Source: Octopus sinensis | Lineage: Eukaryota | DNA: 64,000 nt | Direction: 5' to 3' | Assembly (NCBI RefSeq): GCF_006345805.1 | Contig: NC_043014.1 | Span: 40,982,001 to 41,046,000 of the forward strand | In this document: positions 11,061-23,192 of the stretch, piece after piece | Layout of the letters: each line of letters opens with the position of its first letter | Numbering within the stretch: the stretch's first letter is position 1 | The notes under the pieces: generated by a model | Told to the model about the DNA's origin: nothing | The model's input: the letters and a program-made list of their open reading frames with translations, nothing else | The model's database searches: none | Made by a program: the position numbers and the translations under genes

Positions 11061-12268
11061 ATTTTCTTAATTGTGTGGACGGTATTAATGGTCTAACTGG
11101 TCTCTAAATGGTTATATTACTTCCTTGACATGTATTAATTACTGACTTCATTTTCGCTCGGATAGACGGAGATGGTTATCAGCTAAAATGAGATTTACTT
11201 ACTTACTTACTTACCTAATTAATTAATTATTTATCTATTTACTAATTTTACTTTGCAGGGTTGGAGGAAGTCGGCTTGCGCCTATCTTCTTGGCAAGCTC
11301 TCCTAGACAGTTCAAACCGATTCTATTAAAGTTTCTTTCGAACCGTTGCAAGTCAACACTTGCGAGAAAGACGTCAGTAATGATGGAGTTTCAAAGAGAG
11401 AGGGAGAGAGAGAGAGAGAGAGAGAAAGAAGAGAGAGAGAGAGAGAGTTTCCTGCGGATGGTTTTCTCGAAGGACTGAGCGTGGAAATTAGTGTGGAACC
11501 TGAGGATAGGTTGTTGGACATAAGAATGCTGAGAAAAGGGAAGACAAGGGGCTAGGGGAAGCCCTTCATTTTGCCGTGACCCAAGTCCCACCAGGCCTGT
11601 ACAAGCTTATAAAGTAGACCCATAAGTGCCGGTCCCATAAAAGTGTCGCCCAGGGCGAACAGCTCCATTGCTTCCCATTCAAATTACACTACCGAGTGGG
11701 ACAAATTCAACTAGTAGGAAATTTGCCGATTTCTTCAAAGAAACGAAGAACTCTGGTCAAATGAAATAGAAATTTCACGTCATCTCGCCATCCTGCTGAT
11801 TCAGTAATCTTTTCTTGACTGATCAAAATGCTCAGATAATGCTGTGTAACACAATTTTAATTTCTTTTTGTCTTATTTCCCATTTGCTTCTCTCTAAAAT
11901 CAAAGAAAATGACTATTATTACTTTCAAACTTTGCTTTTGTGACCTGGGCATCAATATTTTGAAACTGATCTATTGTGAATTACATTTCAGATAGATTCA
12001 GCAGAATTTTCTTGAAGTTTCTAAGAATTTCAAGAATTTCTAGAACGTTCTGGTAACTTAGAGGACTATAAATACAGGGACCGTAAGCTCAACAGTTCAG
12101 TTTATTTCTAGATGTCCAGGTTGAGACAAATGGACAAAAGCAAAGTAAGTTTGAAGCAAATAAGCCATTTTTCTTACTTTCTCGGGGTAAGCAATTAGGA
12201 AATAACAGTTGATATCCAAGGATAGAAATCGTGTTACATATTGTAATCCTTGGCGTTAAGTCTGAGTA

Positions 12269-12481
12269 CGAGCGGGTGCTGAGAAGTTCCCGGCTTTGGA
12301 TAAAAGAAAATACAGGAGGATCAGTTAATTATAATTTTATGTAACATATTCCACTCTCAGATTCACACACACTTATTGCAGCGGTCCTTCAGTTTTTCTA
12401 AGCCCTGTAAAAGAACTTGGAAGGTTGGGCTTCCAGCCGGGTCTTTCGTGATACCCTTAAAATTAGGAACTTTTTCAGTCG
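12269..12481. mobile_element. Mariner-derived MITE
   Basis: Left end TA|CGAGCGGGTGCTGAGAAGTTCCCGGCTTT, eroded right end AGGAACTTTTTCAG..TCG|TA. Partial second copy near 56137-56220. Confidence 0.65.
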
Positions 12482-13069
12482 TAGAAAAAAACTGAAATGC
12501 CAAGAGAATTCAGTGATATGGCTGCCCAAATCACCACAGTGCCGCCGTGTCTATGTTTCACGGTAACGACCAAGCATTCACGGCTGAAGACTTCTTTGGG
12601 TTGTCTCCAGATATGAACGCGTTCTGAAGTGGAAAAAGGATGAATGACGAATTATCGAAGAAGATGACATCGTGCCCTTGAGCCATTGACCACGTCTCAT
12701 AGACTAGACACCGTTTATTTCCGGTTAGTGGGACAGAAGAGGTTTAGCAATTGTAGCCCACACCCCCCAAAGTATGCAGCTATATAGAGCTCACGACGAA
12801 CAATTTTGTTTGGCACAAAGCTGGATAATGGTGGTTTAGCTCTAATGTCACTTTCGGTGTCGTAGATTTTAGACAATCTATTTTACTATCCAGTGAGTTA
12901 TGCCTTCTGTCCACAATTGTGCTTATCAGAGTTGGTTTTTATTGGGTTGTCCGGATAGTTCGTGCCGATTTATAGTAGCTTACCTTTCGAATTATTTTAG
13001 AACATGGTTGAGTCCATAAAATAGGATTTGACTACACCTCCATTTAGAACACAATTTAAGCTATCTTTT

Positions 13070-13345
13070 CGGTGGAATTTGAACTCAGAACGTAACGGCA
13101 GATGAAATACCTATTTCTTTATTACCCACAAGGGGCTAAACGCAGAGGAGACAAACAAGGACAGACATAGGTATTAAATCGATTACATCGACACCAGTGC
13201 GTAACTGGTACTTAATTTCTCGACCCCGAAAGGATGAAAGGCAAAGACGACCTCGGCGTAATTTGAACTCAGAACGTAGCGGCAGACGAAATACTGCTAA
13301 GCATTTCGCCCGGCGTGCTAACGATTCTGCCAGCTTCGCCGCCTT
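13070..13345 (-). mobile_element. SINE family B with the start of a second body unit
   Basis: Head ggcggcgaagctggcagaatcgttagcacgccgggcg on the minus strand; junction GAAATACCTATTTC at 13104. Confidence 0.85.
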
Positions 13346-13675
13346 ACATAAATAAGAACACAAATATGCAGACTAGAACAGTTCCGAATTTGTTATATTA
13401 CTAACAGAAAAAAAAAAAGTTAAATAACAATTGGTTTCCAGCATTTTCTCCAATCCACATATGTACTCGTACAAGACTGTCTGACCACCCATCCACCTAT
13501 CTATCTACGCCTTTTCCATTTTATCTGCTGGTGCTACGAGAAATGTTTCTATATTGTGAGAAACAAGATTCTCCATTATCCATTAATCCCAACAGATTTT
13601 AGTATTAACCTCTTTTAGATATGACCAAGGGTAATGACGTCGTAGCTGCTAGTCTTGCTATAGTTGTAAGAATAA

Positions 13676-13708
<33 letters not shown>

Positions 13709-13884
13709 TTATCTCTGTCTCTGTCTGTCTGTCTGTCTGTCTGTTTATCTCTGTCTCTGTCTGTCTGTCTGTCTGTCTGTTTATCTCTGTCTCTGTCTGT
13801 CTGTCTGTCTGCTTTCTTTTCTTCTAAGTTACTCGTATATTTTACCCCAGTATCACTTTGATGGCATGCACTGCTCTCTCACTC

Positions 13885-13950
<66 letters not shown>

Positions 13951-13951
<1 letters not shown>

Positions 13952-14360
13952 GGCGCAGGAGTGGCTGTGTGGTAAGTAGCTTGCTAACTAACCACATGGT
14001 TGCGGGTTCAGTCCCACTGCGTGGCATCTTGGGCAAGTGTCTTCTGCTATAGCCCCGGGCCGACCAATGCCTTGTGAGTGGATTTGGTAGACGGAAACTG
14101 AAAGAAGCCCGTCGTATATATGTATATATATATATATGTATGTGTATGTATTTGTTTGTGTGTCTGTGTTTGTCCCCCTAGCATTGCATGACAACCGATG
14201 CTGGTGTGTTTACGTCCCCGTCACTTAGCGGTTCGGCAAAAGAGACCGATAGAATAAGTACTGGGCTTACAAAGAATAAGTCCCGGGGTCGATTTGCTCG
14301 ACTAAAGGCGGTGCTCCAGCATGGCCGCAGTCAAATGACTGAAACAAGTAAAAGAGTAGG
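13951..14360 (+). mobile_element. SINE family A, full length, between (AAT)n tracts
   Basis: Complete head, body and tail as for family A. Confidence 0.9.
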
Positions 14361-14388
14361 AGTAATAATAATAATGATAATAATAATG

Positions 14389-14435
<47 letters not shown>

Positions 14436-14929
14436 TTCTATCACGTAGTTCAGTGTTGAACGCGTTCAGCTCCTTTTTGGGAGCAAAATTATCAAAGGAA
14501 TTTGTCGGCTCTATTATTTACACACGAATCAATGTAACTATGAGTAGTAAACTCCACAGGCATTCTTTGTATTCCCAGACATAAATCTTGAATATGAACT
14601 GCATTTACGATATGTATATATGTATGCATCGCTATCATTTTTCAAGGCTCTTTAGATTTAATAAAACAGTTGCATAATTAGTCAATAATTAAATAACGCT
14701 TTTATTGCTTCAAACTCAACAAAACATTAGAACAATTTATTTAAAGTTTTTTGCTTCACATTCAGTTATCTTTCGATTCAATCCATCAACGTATTTTCAA
14801 TAAAAATGTAATTATTCATATTATGCAAGTTTATATGAAATACATGGAATGTTTGTTATGCCGATGCATTTATTAAATATCAACTTTAGCCTGTTTTAAA
14901 ATGCCGACATTTTTGACGGTATGTATATG

Positions 14930-14960
<31 letters not shown>

Positions 14961-15049
14961 TAAGGATAATAATAATAATGATAAGAATAATAATAATGAT
15001 GATAACGATAATAACAATAATAACGATAATAATAATAATGATGATAACG

Positions 15050-15104
<55 letters not shown>

Positions 15105-15120
15105 TGATAACGATAATAAC

Positions 15121-15197
<77 letters not shown>

Positions 15198-15215
15198 CAA
15201 CAACAACAATAATAA
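14930..15215. repeat. Long (AAT)n/(GAT) microsatellite
   Basis: Directly visible. Source of the poly-I and poly-L ORFs. Confidence 0.95.
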
Positions 15216-15768
15216 ATGCCTTGCTGCAGTACCAGGCAGTGGCTCTCGTGGCTTCTGATCTTAACTGATTGGAAGTGTTATCATGTGCATTGTTTTGTCT
15301 TGGTAAAAGATGGGCAACAGCAAATATTCTGCTCAATACCACAGATTTGCTTGTCAGTTGTTTGACCTTAACCAGTTGATCATGTCCCTTAGTGGCTGAC
15401 GATATATGCATCTCTGATCACGAGCAGAAGTAGTGGGGGAGCATCATAGCCATGTGTTGAGAGGGATTACTTGGGGTTTAAATGATTCACCTCTGGAAAC
15501 ATGGGTGTTTCATTTAACATCCTTAAATAACCCTTATTCAAGGACCTTTTGAGTGGGATGGGTTACTCGACCAGAAGAAAATTCTAACTGGGCCCCACCT
15601 GCAAGGTCATGCGCTGTTTATCTTGATATGAGATCACCATGTCGCGCACATATGGTTGTGATGCATGTGCCTCGTGTACCTTTACAGACGGGTAGTCATG
15701 ATGGGTATCCTGGGCTTCGTATATTTTACCCCAGTGTCACTTTGATGGCATGCTCTGCTCGCTCACTC
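15216..15768 (+). mobile_element. Non-coding retroelement fragment embedded in (AAT)n (family D; 3' UTR or SINE-like)
   Basis: Flanked on both sides by (AAT)n. Its last 50 bp or so (tattttaccccagt.tcactttgatggcatgc.ctgctc.ctcactc+AAT) recur as a truncated copy at 13833-13884. Confidence 0.6.
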
Positions 15769-15832
<64 letters not shown>

Positions 15833-15835
<3 letters not shown>

Positions 15836-15880
15836 CTACTCTATTGGGGACAACTAGGATTTTGAGATTGGTGCTTGAAT
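15833..15880 (+). pseudogene. Extremely truncated copy of the R4/Dong-like ORF end
   Basis: KTTLLGTTRILRLVLE directly after (AAT)n, versus KTALLGTARILRVALE at the end of the 15958-16700 element. Confidence 0.6.
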
Positions 15881-15957
15881 GTTTTCCACTAGTTGAATGT
15901 TAGTTAATGTTTTCCACTAGTTGAATGTTAGTTAATGTTTTCCACTATAAGTTAATA

Positions 15958-16700
15958 TCCAAGTACCGAAGCTTATAATTTGCCGGAAGAGAAAGCACTG
16001 AGAACCAATTACATCAAATACAAAATAGACAACACATCAGAAGGTGATAAGTGCAGAATTTGTGGACAAAATGGTGAAACCGTTACACATATTACAAGTC
16101 AATGTACGCCACTATGCCAGAAAAAATATGAGACGTCATGACAATATAGCAAGGATTGTCCATTGGACACTTTGCAACAAGTATGGACATGACAGAGCAA
16201 AAAAGTGGTACGAGCATAAACCCGAAGGCATCATCGAAAATGATAATGCAAAGATCCTATGGGATTTTATGATTCAGTGCGACCATGAGATAGAGAATAG
16301 GAAGCCAGACATAGTATTAATTGAGAAAGAAAACAAACGATGATGGATCATGGATATAGCATGCCCAGCTGACAGCAAGGTATGCGATAAGGAAGAAAGA
16401 AAAGTTGATAGATATGACAGGTTAGCTTGGGAGGTTAAGCAACTGTGGTCGCTCAAAAAGGTGGCAACAGTACCAATAATTGTCGGAGGCCTGGGAACAG
16501 TGAGTAAAAATCTTGAGAAGTACATGGAACAAATAGGGGCTGCGATAAGGGCAGAGCACTTGCAGAAAACAGCACTGCTTGGAACCGCTCGAATACTCCG
16601 GGTAGCGCTCGAATAAGGGGTGTTACCTTAGTTCACTGGTAGTGAACAGCCGGCACCGTAGTACATCTCCAGCCTTAGAAGCTGTGCAAAGACAATAGAT
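15958..16700 (+). pseudogene. 5'-truncated non-LTR retrotransposon with a restriction-like endonuclease (R4/Dong-like)
   Basis: ALRTNYIKYKID, CCHC knuckle CRICGQNGETVTHITSQC, RHDNIARIVHW, RKPDIVLIEK...DIACP (PD-D/E-xK nuclease). One frameshift near 16125, TGA at 16341, ORF end at 16616, (AAT)n tail. Confidence 0.85.
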
Positions 16701-16714
16701 AATAATAATAATAA

Positions 16715-17145
16715 TCCTTTCTAATGTGGGGCACGCGACTTGAAATTTGGGGATGGGGACTAGTCGATTATATCGACCCCAGTATTTCACTGGTACTTAA
16801 TCTATCGACCCCGAAAGGATGAAACGCAAAGTCGACCTCGGTGGAATTTGATCCCAGAACGTAAAGACGGGCGAAACACCGTTAAGCATTTCGTCCTGCG
16901 CGCTAACGATTCTGCCAGCTCGCAACAACAACAATAATAATAATAATCCTTTCTACTATAGGCACAAGGCCTGAAAGGGGAACAGTCGATTACATTAACC
17001 GCAGTGTTTCACTGGTACTTAATTGATCGACCTCGAAAGGATGAAAGGCAAAGTCGATCTCGGCGGAATTTGAACTCAGAAGGTAGCGACGGTCGAAATG
17101 CTGCTAAGCATTTCTTCCAATGCGCTAACGATTCTGCCAGGTCGC
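16715..17145 (-). mobile_element. Two adjacent SINE family-B copies with (ATT)n tails
   Basis: Family core present at about 16770-16920 and 16985-17140. Confidence 0.8.
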
Positions 17146-17157
17146 AATAATGATAAT

Positions 17158-17223
<66 letters not shown>

Positions 17224-17258
17224 CCTTTATTTATTTACTCACCGAGACTAATTCTATT

Positions 17259-17460
17259 CAGTTGTGTTTGGGGAGAGTCATAATTCTATTCAATTTTATT
17301 TATACAGGAGACAATTACATGAATTGTTAATAACAACACAGGTGGGTTTACAAAAATGCGTGCGGATATTATGTAAAGTTATGTAAAATTATACAGCTTT
17401 GATTATTATGGAAGTTGTTCAAAGAAAACACTTTAAAAATTTTTATGTAGAAATAATGAC
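17259..17460 (+). repeat. Dispersed repeat of about 200 bp, second copy at 23660-23858
   Basis: gttgtgtt.ggggagagtcataattctattcaattttatttatacaggagac...gtagaaataatgacac is shared at roughly 90% identity by eye. Confidence 0.8.
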
Positions 17461-17942
17461 ACGGTAAATAACTATAAAGAAAATACATAATATATAAAAC
17501 AAGATTTTTTTTTTGAAAAATATAAGTACACACAGAAATATTTAGTGTAAACAAATTCTCACACAAACTCTTTCACATACGAATGAGAATCAACCCACGT
17601 ACTAAATTAGGCAACAGCTTAACGGATCTGCCCTTCCACTAATCATAGTATATCTATCCTCGTTTATCACGGGTTTTGGTTCGCCACAAAATACCGTGTT
17701 AAATGAATCAGCGATAAATGAAAAATATATTTGGTCCTGAGGTCTCAAGTTGGACTGAGCATTGCGGATAGTAGATGGGGGCACGTTTTACGATCCAAGC
17801 AGAATCTTTGAGTGATCGCCGATCCGTGTTATGACAGATCAATTCGAGATAAGCGTAACACGGTTCACAATTAGCGTACCGAGTGTCAGACAAAATGAAC
17901 TGCAGCATCCTATTACAAACTTTTACTTAATATGTCCAAAGT

Positions 17943-18328
17943 GTGGAGGCGCAATGGCCCAGTGGTTAGGGCAGCGGACTCGCGGTCGTAGGATCGCGGT
18001 TTCGATTCCCAGACCGGGAGTTGTGAGTGGTTATTGAGCGAAAACACCTAAAGATCCACGAGGCTCCGGCAGGGGACGGTGGTGATCCCTGCTGTACTCT
18101 TTCACCACAACTTTCTCTCACTCTTACTTCCTGTTTCTGTTGTACCTTGTATTTCAAAGGGCCGGCCTTGTCACTCTCTGTGTCACGCTGAATATCCCCG
18201 AGAATTACGTTAAGGGTACACGTGTCTGTGGAGTGCTCAGCCACTTACACGTTAATTTCACGAGCAGGCTGTTCCGTTGATCGGATCAACCGGAACCCTC
18301 GTCGTCGTAATCGACAGAGTGCTTCCTT
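17943..18328 (+). mobile_element. tRNA-headed SINE, family C, flanked by a 66-bp direct repeat
   Basis: Head ggaggcgcaatggcccagtggttagggcagcggactcgcggtcg...ggtttcgattccc. Direct repeats at 17877-17942 and 18329-18394 (3 mismatches). Confidence 0.9.
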
Positions 18329-18556
18329 TACCGAGTGTCAGACAAAATGAACTGCAGCATCTTATTACAAACTTTTACTTTATATGTTCAAAGTCGACTT
18401 TCCCTTTCGTTCTTTTGAGCTCAAGTACATGTCAAACTAAACACAAACCACATCATCATCAGCTTATGAAAGTTTGCCAATATTATACGCTTGCCCTGCA
18501 TCTTCTCTCCCGACAAAATAATATTTTAAATCTAGATATTTACCAAAACATTTGTA

Positions 18557-19092
18557 CGAGGGCGAGACATAAAGTAATGCCAATTTGTTTAGGACAGGTA
18601 TAATTACCAACACAGGAACATGTATCATACATCAAAATGAAGCTGGTCCTCTGTGGATCACATCCCAACTTCTCAACATAGTCACCGTTTCTCTCAATAG
18701 CAATGTCCCACCTTCGAATGAGAGCATGTATCCCTGCCCTGTAAAATTCTGTTGACTGTTCTTTGAGCCACTTCTTCACTACGGTTTTCACGTCCTCGTC
18801 ACTGGAATAATGTTTGCCTCTCAAACCCTCTTTCATGGGGCCGAAGTCTGAAGGTGCTAAATCTTGTGAGTGTGGAGGTAGTGAAGAGGTAGCTCAAAGA
18901 AGAGTCAACAGAATTTTACGGGGCAGGGATACATGCTCTCATTCGAAGGTGGAACATTGCTGTTGAGAGAAACGGTGAAGTAGGGATGTGATCCACAGAG
19001 GACCAGCTTCATTTCGTTGCATGATACATGTTACTGTGTTGGTAATTATACCTGTCCTGAACAAAATGGCATTACTTTTTGACTCACACTCG
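18557..19092. mobile_element. Mariner-derived fold-back element with two 3' ends
   Basis: TA|CGAGGG left end. Arms at about 18557-18770 and 18893-19092 are inverted copies. The minus strand encodes MKEGLRGKHYSSDEDVKTVVKKWLKEQSTEFYRAGIHALIRRWDIAIERNGDYVEK (mariner C-terminus). Confidence 0.85.
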
Positions 19093-19199
19093 AAATTTAT
19101 TGTTTTGTTTATTTGATTTTGCTTCAAGGACTAAAGAATATTTTTGATACTGGGTGACTTATCTGGTTCACTTTATAGATATGTGAACGTGGCTATAAA

Positions 19200-19895
19200 A
19201 TACAACGGTTTCAAATTTTGGCACATACCAGTAATTTCAGAGAGTGTGGTGGGGTAAGTTGATTACATCGAACCCCAGTGTTCAACTGGTACCTATTTTA
19301 TCGACCTCGGGAGTATGAAAGGCAAAGTCGAACTCTGCGGAATTTGAACTCAGAATGTGAAGACGGACGAAATGCTACTAAGCATTTTGCCCGGCATACT
19401 AACGACTCCGTCAGTCCTCTGCCTTAACAATAATAATAATAATGATAATAATAATAATAATGATAATAATAATAATAATAACAATAATAATAATGATAAT
19501 AATAATAATAATGATAATAATAATAATGATAATAATAATAATAATAATAATAGCAATAATAATGATAATAATAATAATAGTTATTGTTGCCGTTGCTGTT
19601 GTTGCAATGGTTTCGTATTGAGGTACAAGGCCAGCAATTTTGAGAGAAGAGGCTTATTCAATACCTATTTCTTTATTACCCACAAGGGGCTAAACACAGA
19701 GGGGACAAACAAGGACAGACATAGGTATTAAGTCGATTATATCGACCCCAGTGCGGAACTGGTACTTAATTTCTCGACCCCGAAAGGATGAAAGGTAAAG
19801 TCGACCTCGGCGGAATTTGAACTCACATCGTAACGGCAGACGAAATACCGCTAAGCATTTCGCCCGGCGTGCTAACGTTTCTGCCAGCTCGCCTA
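19200..19895 (-). mobile_element. Two SINE family-B copies separated by (AAT)n/(GAT)n
   Basis: Family cores at about 19255-19420 and 19665-19890. Confidence 0.8.
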
Positions 19896-20300
19896 TTCAA
19901 TACCATCGACCCAGTACATGAGACGACATTACTTACATTTTGTTGTGAGTGTGAAGATCTGAATACAGCTGCTTATTCAAATACGCTCAGCTTTTCATTT
20001 ATGAAGCGAATGCATGAATGTGCGCACAATCAGAGACAAAAGCCTACAAATAGCATTCCTAACAGACATAACAATAGTTTGTGATGCATCACTATTATTG
20101 TTGCTATTCAAATATCATTGACAATAGTAAGCCATTGAACGCGCGCCTTTGATATTTTTTCCGCAGAGAATGACTGGTGCACACTCCATAGTTATAAGGT
20201 CCTGGTTTCTTCTCAGCAAATTTTCTATCCATAATCTGTAGAACGCAGATAGGGCAAAATTAATTAAGGAAGATTGTAAGCTGCCATAAATTAAAATATA

Positions 20301-20475
20301 AGAGTGGCTGTGGTGGTAAGTAGCTTGCTTACGAACCACATGGAGTCCAGGTTCAGTCCCACTGCGTGGCACCTTGGGCAAGTGTCATCTACTATAGCCT
20401 CGGCCCGACCAAAGCCTTGTGAGTGGATTTCGTAGACGGAAACTGAAAGAATCCCGTCGTATATATGCATATATA
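20301..20475 (+). mobile_element. SINE family A, 5' half only
   Basis: Runs from the head to gaatcccgtcgtatatatg; the 3' half is absent. Confidence 0.8.
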
Positions 20476-20479
20476 TCTT

Positions 20480-20722
20480 CCTTAAAGATCTACAATGTCT
20501 TGTACAGAATTGGCAACTACAACCTTTACCGGTAATAGCCGGCTGTTGTAACTGGGCTTCATGTACCTTTGCTTGTCGTTTAAGTCCTCCTGCCGAATCA
20601 CACTCTTTTCCATATGCCCGACAGATATGATTACTATGATGTGTTACACCACCACCAGTGGCCAGGTTGTCACTTATCTGTCTCGCTTTATGACTACGAA
20701 GATGACTCTTGAGTCCAGCTTT
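20480..20722 (-). pseudogene. RTE-clade LINE C-terminal C2H2 zinc-finger region
   Basis: KAGLKSHLRSH...HICRAYGKECDSAGGLKRQAKVH...CSCQFCTRHCRSL: the second half of one finger, one degenerate finger and the first half of a third. Confidence 0.75.
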
Positions 20723-20767
20723 ACATATCACATATCATATATCGATACCACCATAAACAACTGGTCT

Positions 20768-21215
20768 ATGGCATTAAGTGGAAGGACCGCATCAGTGATC
20801 TTGAAATATTGGAAGGCTCTCGGTGTGAAAGTATAGAAGCTCTTGAGTTAAAGCAAAGGCTCAGATGGAGTGGTCATTTGGTCAGGATGAAGGATTCAAG
20901 GATGCCAAAACAACTCTTTTATGGAGAGTTAGCTAAAGGAGAACGACCGCATAAACCAAAAAGAGGTATAAGGACTTTCTGAAGGCTTCCTTAAGAAATG
21001 CTTGCATCTCTCCTGACACATGGGAAGGCATAGCTATTGATCGTAGCAGGTGGAGAAAGATTGTGCACGAGAGGACAGCTACTTTTAAGAAATCTCGAGT
21101 TGTACATGAGATAGTAAGAAGGGATGTCAGGAAGGGCATCGCTGTTACACTTCCAGATGGGAAGGGTCTTCCAATGATGCTGACATGCGATGTCTGTGCA
21201 AGACCCTGCCTCAGT
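20768..21215 (+). pseudogene. RTE-clade LINE ORF fragment (post-RT region), inverted relative to 20480-20722
   Basis: GIKWKDRISDLEIL...LRWSGHLVRMKDSRMPKQLFYGEL...WEGIAIDRSRWR...CDVCARPCLS, the typical RTE LRW.GH..RM...R.PK..YGEL motif. One frameshift. Confidence 0.85.
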
Positions 21216-21246
21216 ATATACATATATACATATATACATACATACA

Positions 21247-21306
<60 letters not shown>

Positions 21307-21419
21307 ATATATATTGCTTATATTTTGTACTGTCGTTACTGTCCTGTTTTTGTTACCATTTTTACCCCTCTGCAAAAAGATCTCAAATTTTAATTGATTT
21401 GCTTTTCGCAGGAAGGAAA

Positions 21420-21680
21420 GTTTCTTATTCGAAGATACGTCTCGCCTTCACCTTCGAAACGTAGAGTAGATGAAACCATGGCGACTGAAGAAGGGGTTTT
21501 TTCTTTGTGTTAATTGTCCTGTACTCTATTTTTTTGTTGTTTAAAAAATGTCCAGTTCCTTGGGTTTGTGTCTATGTTTTCGTTTCTCATTGTGTTCGAC
21601 GTTTTTTTGGTGTCCTGTACTCATATATGCGTGTATATATACATGTAGAGGTAGGTACGTACATATATGTTTATATATGC
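21420..21680 (+). repeat. Dispersed repeat family, second copy at about 59760-60050 (-)
   Basis: Shared tcaccttcgaaac...ctga.gaagggg.ttt..c.ttgtgt...tactct.ttttt..gttgtt.aaaaaatg and the downstream tacatgtaga.gtaggtacgtacatat. Confidence 0.7.
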
Positions 21681-21697
21681 GCATATGTTTTTATTTA

Positions 21698-21739
<42 letters not shown>

Positions 21740-22550
21740 ACATACATGCACATGTAGATCAAGAGATAAAAGAAAATGTCACGAGTATTAGATTGGCAAT
21801 TACTAGATAATGCAGCAGCGTTTCAATATGAATCGATGTCCTGTAATCTTTTGTCTTATGAATTAATTCTTTCTCACGACCTTTAAGACTCCCCGATACA
21901 TGGTAAATGTCAAGTAATGTCAAATACCACGTGACTGTCTGAAAGTGCGTCGGTGCAACAATTCAAAGTATGTAACTGTCATGTGTAATTTTTTTTTTTC
22001 TTTCTGAAATTCACCGGTGAATATAGTCGGTTAAAAAATGCCGATTCAGCTAAATCTTAGTTCCGGCATGTGTAATCCTGGTCGAGATTCATGACTAATC
22101 CACATGATATTTAATTAACTGATAATTAATTAACTGATTACAACAATTTCTGTAACTATATATTTGTTTGCCGTGTCAAGATAGCCTTACCGGTCTCCTC
22201 AGGCTCTTTTAAAAACAGCTGTTCTTAACTTCAGCAGTTGTACCTCATTCGTTGGGAAGTATTGTGTATTCACAAGCGGAATGCTGGGTAGTTAGAACGG
22301 CATGCTGGGTATTTAGCGGTGTCGTGATTTTAATTAGAAATAAAATATTTAAACCAGATTCTTATATTTAAGACACATTTTTGGGTTCTTAACCTATTTT
22401 TATCTAATCTATGGATCCATTTGATTATCACTTTATTCAGGTGGACCCCTTTGATTGCTATTTTATTCTGGTGGACCTTCATAGCCATTCAATGATTAAA
22501 AGCTATTTTATAGACATTTCTTTCAAAATTCTTTCAAAATTCCTGTTTTG

Positions 22551-22963
22551 TTTGCTTACTCTTTTACGCTTCTACTCTTTTACTTGTTTCAGTCATTTGA
22601 CTGTGGCCATGCTGGAGCACAACCTTTGGTCGAGCAAAATCAACCCCGGGACTTATTCTTTGTAAGCCCAGTACTTATTCTATCGGTCTCTTTTGCCGAA
22701 CCGCTAAGTTACGGGGACGTAAACACACCAGCATCAGTTGTGAAACGATGTTGGGGGGGACAAACACAGACACACAAACATACACGCACATACATATATA
22801 TACATATATACGACGGGCTTCTTTCAGTTTCCGTCTACCAAATCCACTCACAAGGCATTGGTCAGCCCGAGGCTATAGTAGAAGACACTTGCCCAAGATG
22901 CCACGCAGTGGGACTGAACCCGGAACCATGTGGTTGGTTAGCAAGCTACTTACCACACAGCCA
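22551..22963 (-). mobile_element. SINE family A, near full length
   Basis: Reverse complement of the family-A consensus. Confidence 0.9.
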
Positions 22964-23192
22964 ATTATAAATAAAATATTTAAACCAGGTTCTTATATTT
23001 AAGACACATTTTTTGGATTAAAACAGTGGTTCTCAACCAATTTTTATCTATGGATCCCTTTGATTACCACTTTATTCAGGTGGAGGATCTTTACCTTTTG
23101 ACCTACAGATTTAAAAAATATTTTTTTGTAACTAAGCACTTTCAAATTTCGGACGCTGGTAGAATATGTCATATAAAACATGCTTTACTCAT

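Noticed and set aside
11259-11478. Exon after a strong acceptor-like site
   Set aside because: The open frame runs through a (GA)n tract, with no recognisable protein and no clear donor.
14886-15411. Poly-Leu/poly-Ile ORFs resembling membrane proteins
   Set aside because: Translation of (AAT)n.
15878-15946. 28-bp tandem repeat (about 2.5 copies)
   Set aside because: A short local slippage duplication after the truncated R4-like fragment, with no spacers or further structure.
17945-18020. tRNA-like sequences at SINE heads (families A, B, C)
   Set aside because: A/B boxes are present, but there is no complete cloverleaf and each continues into a SINE body.
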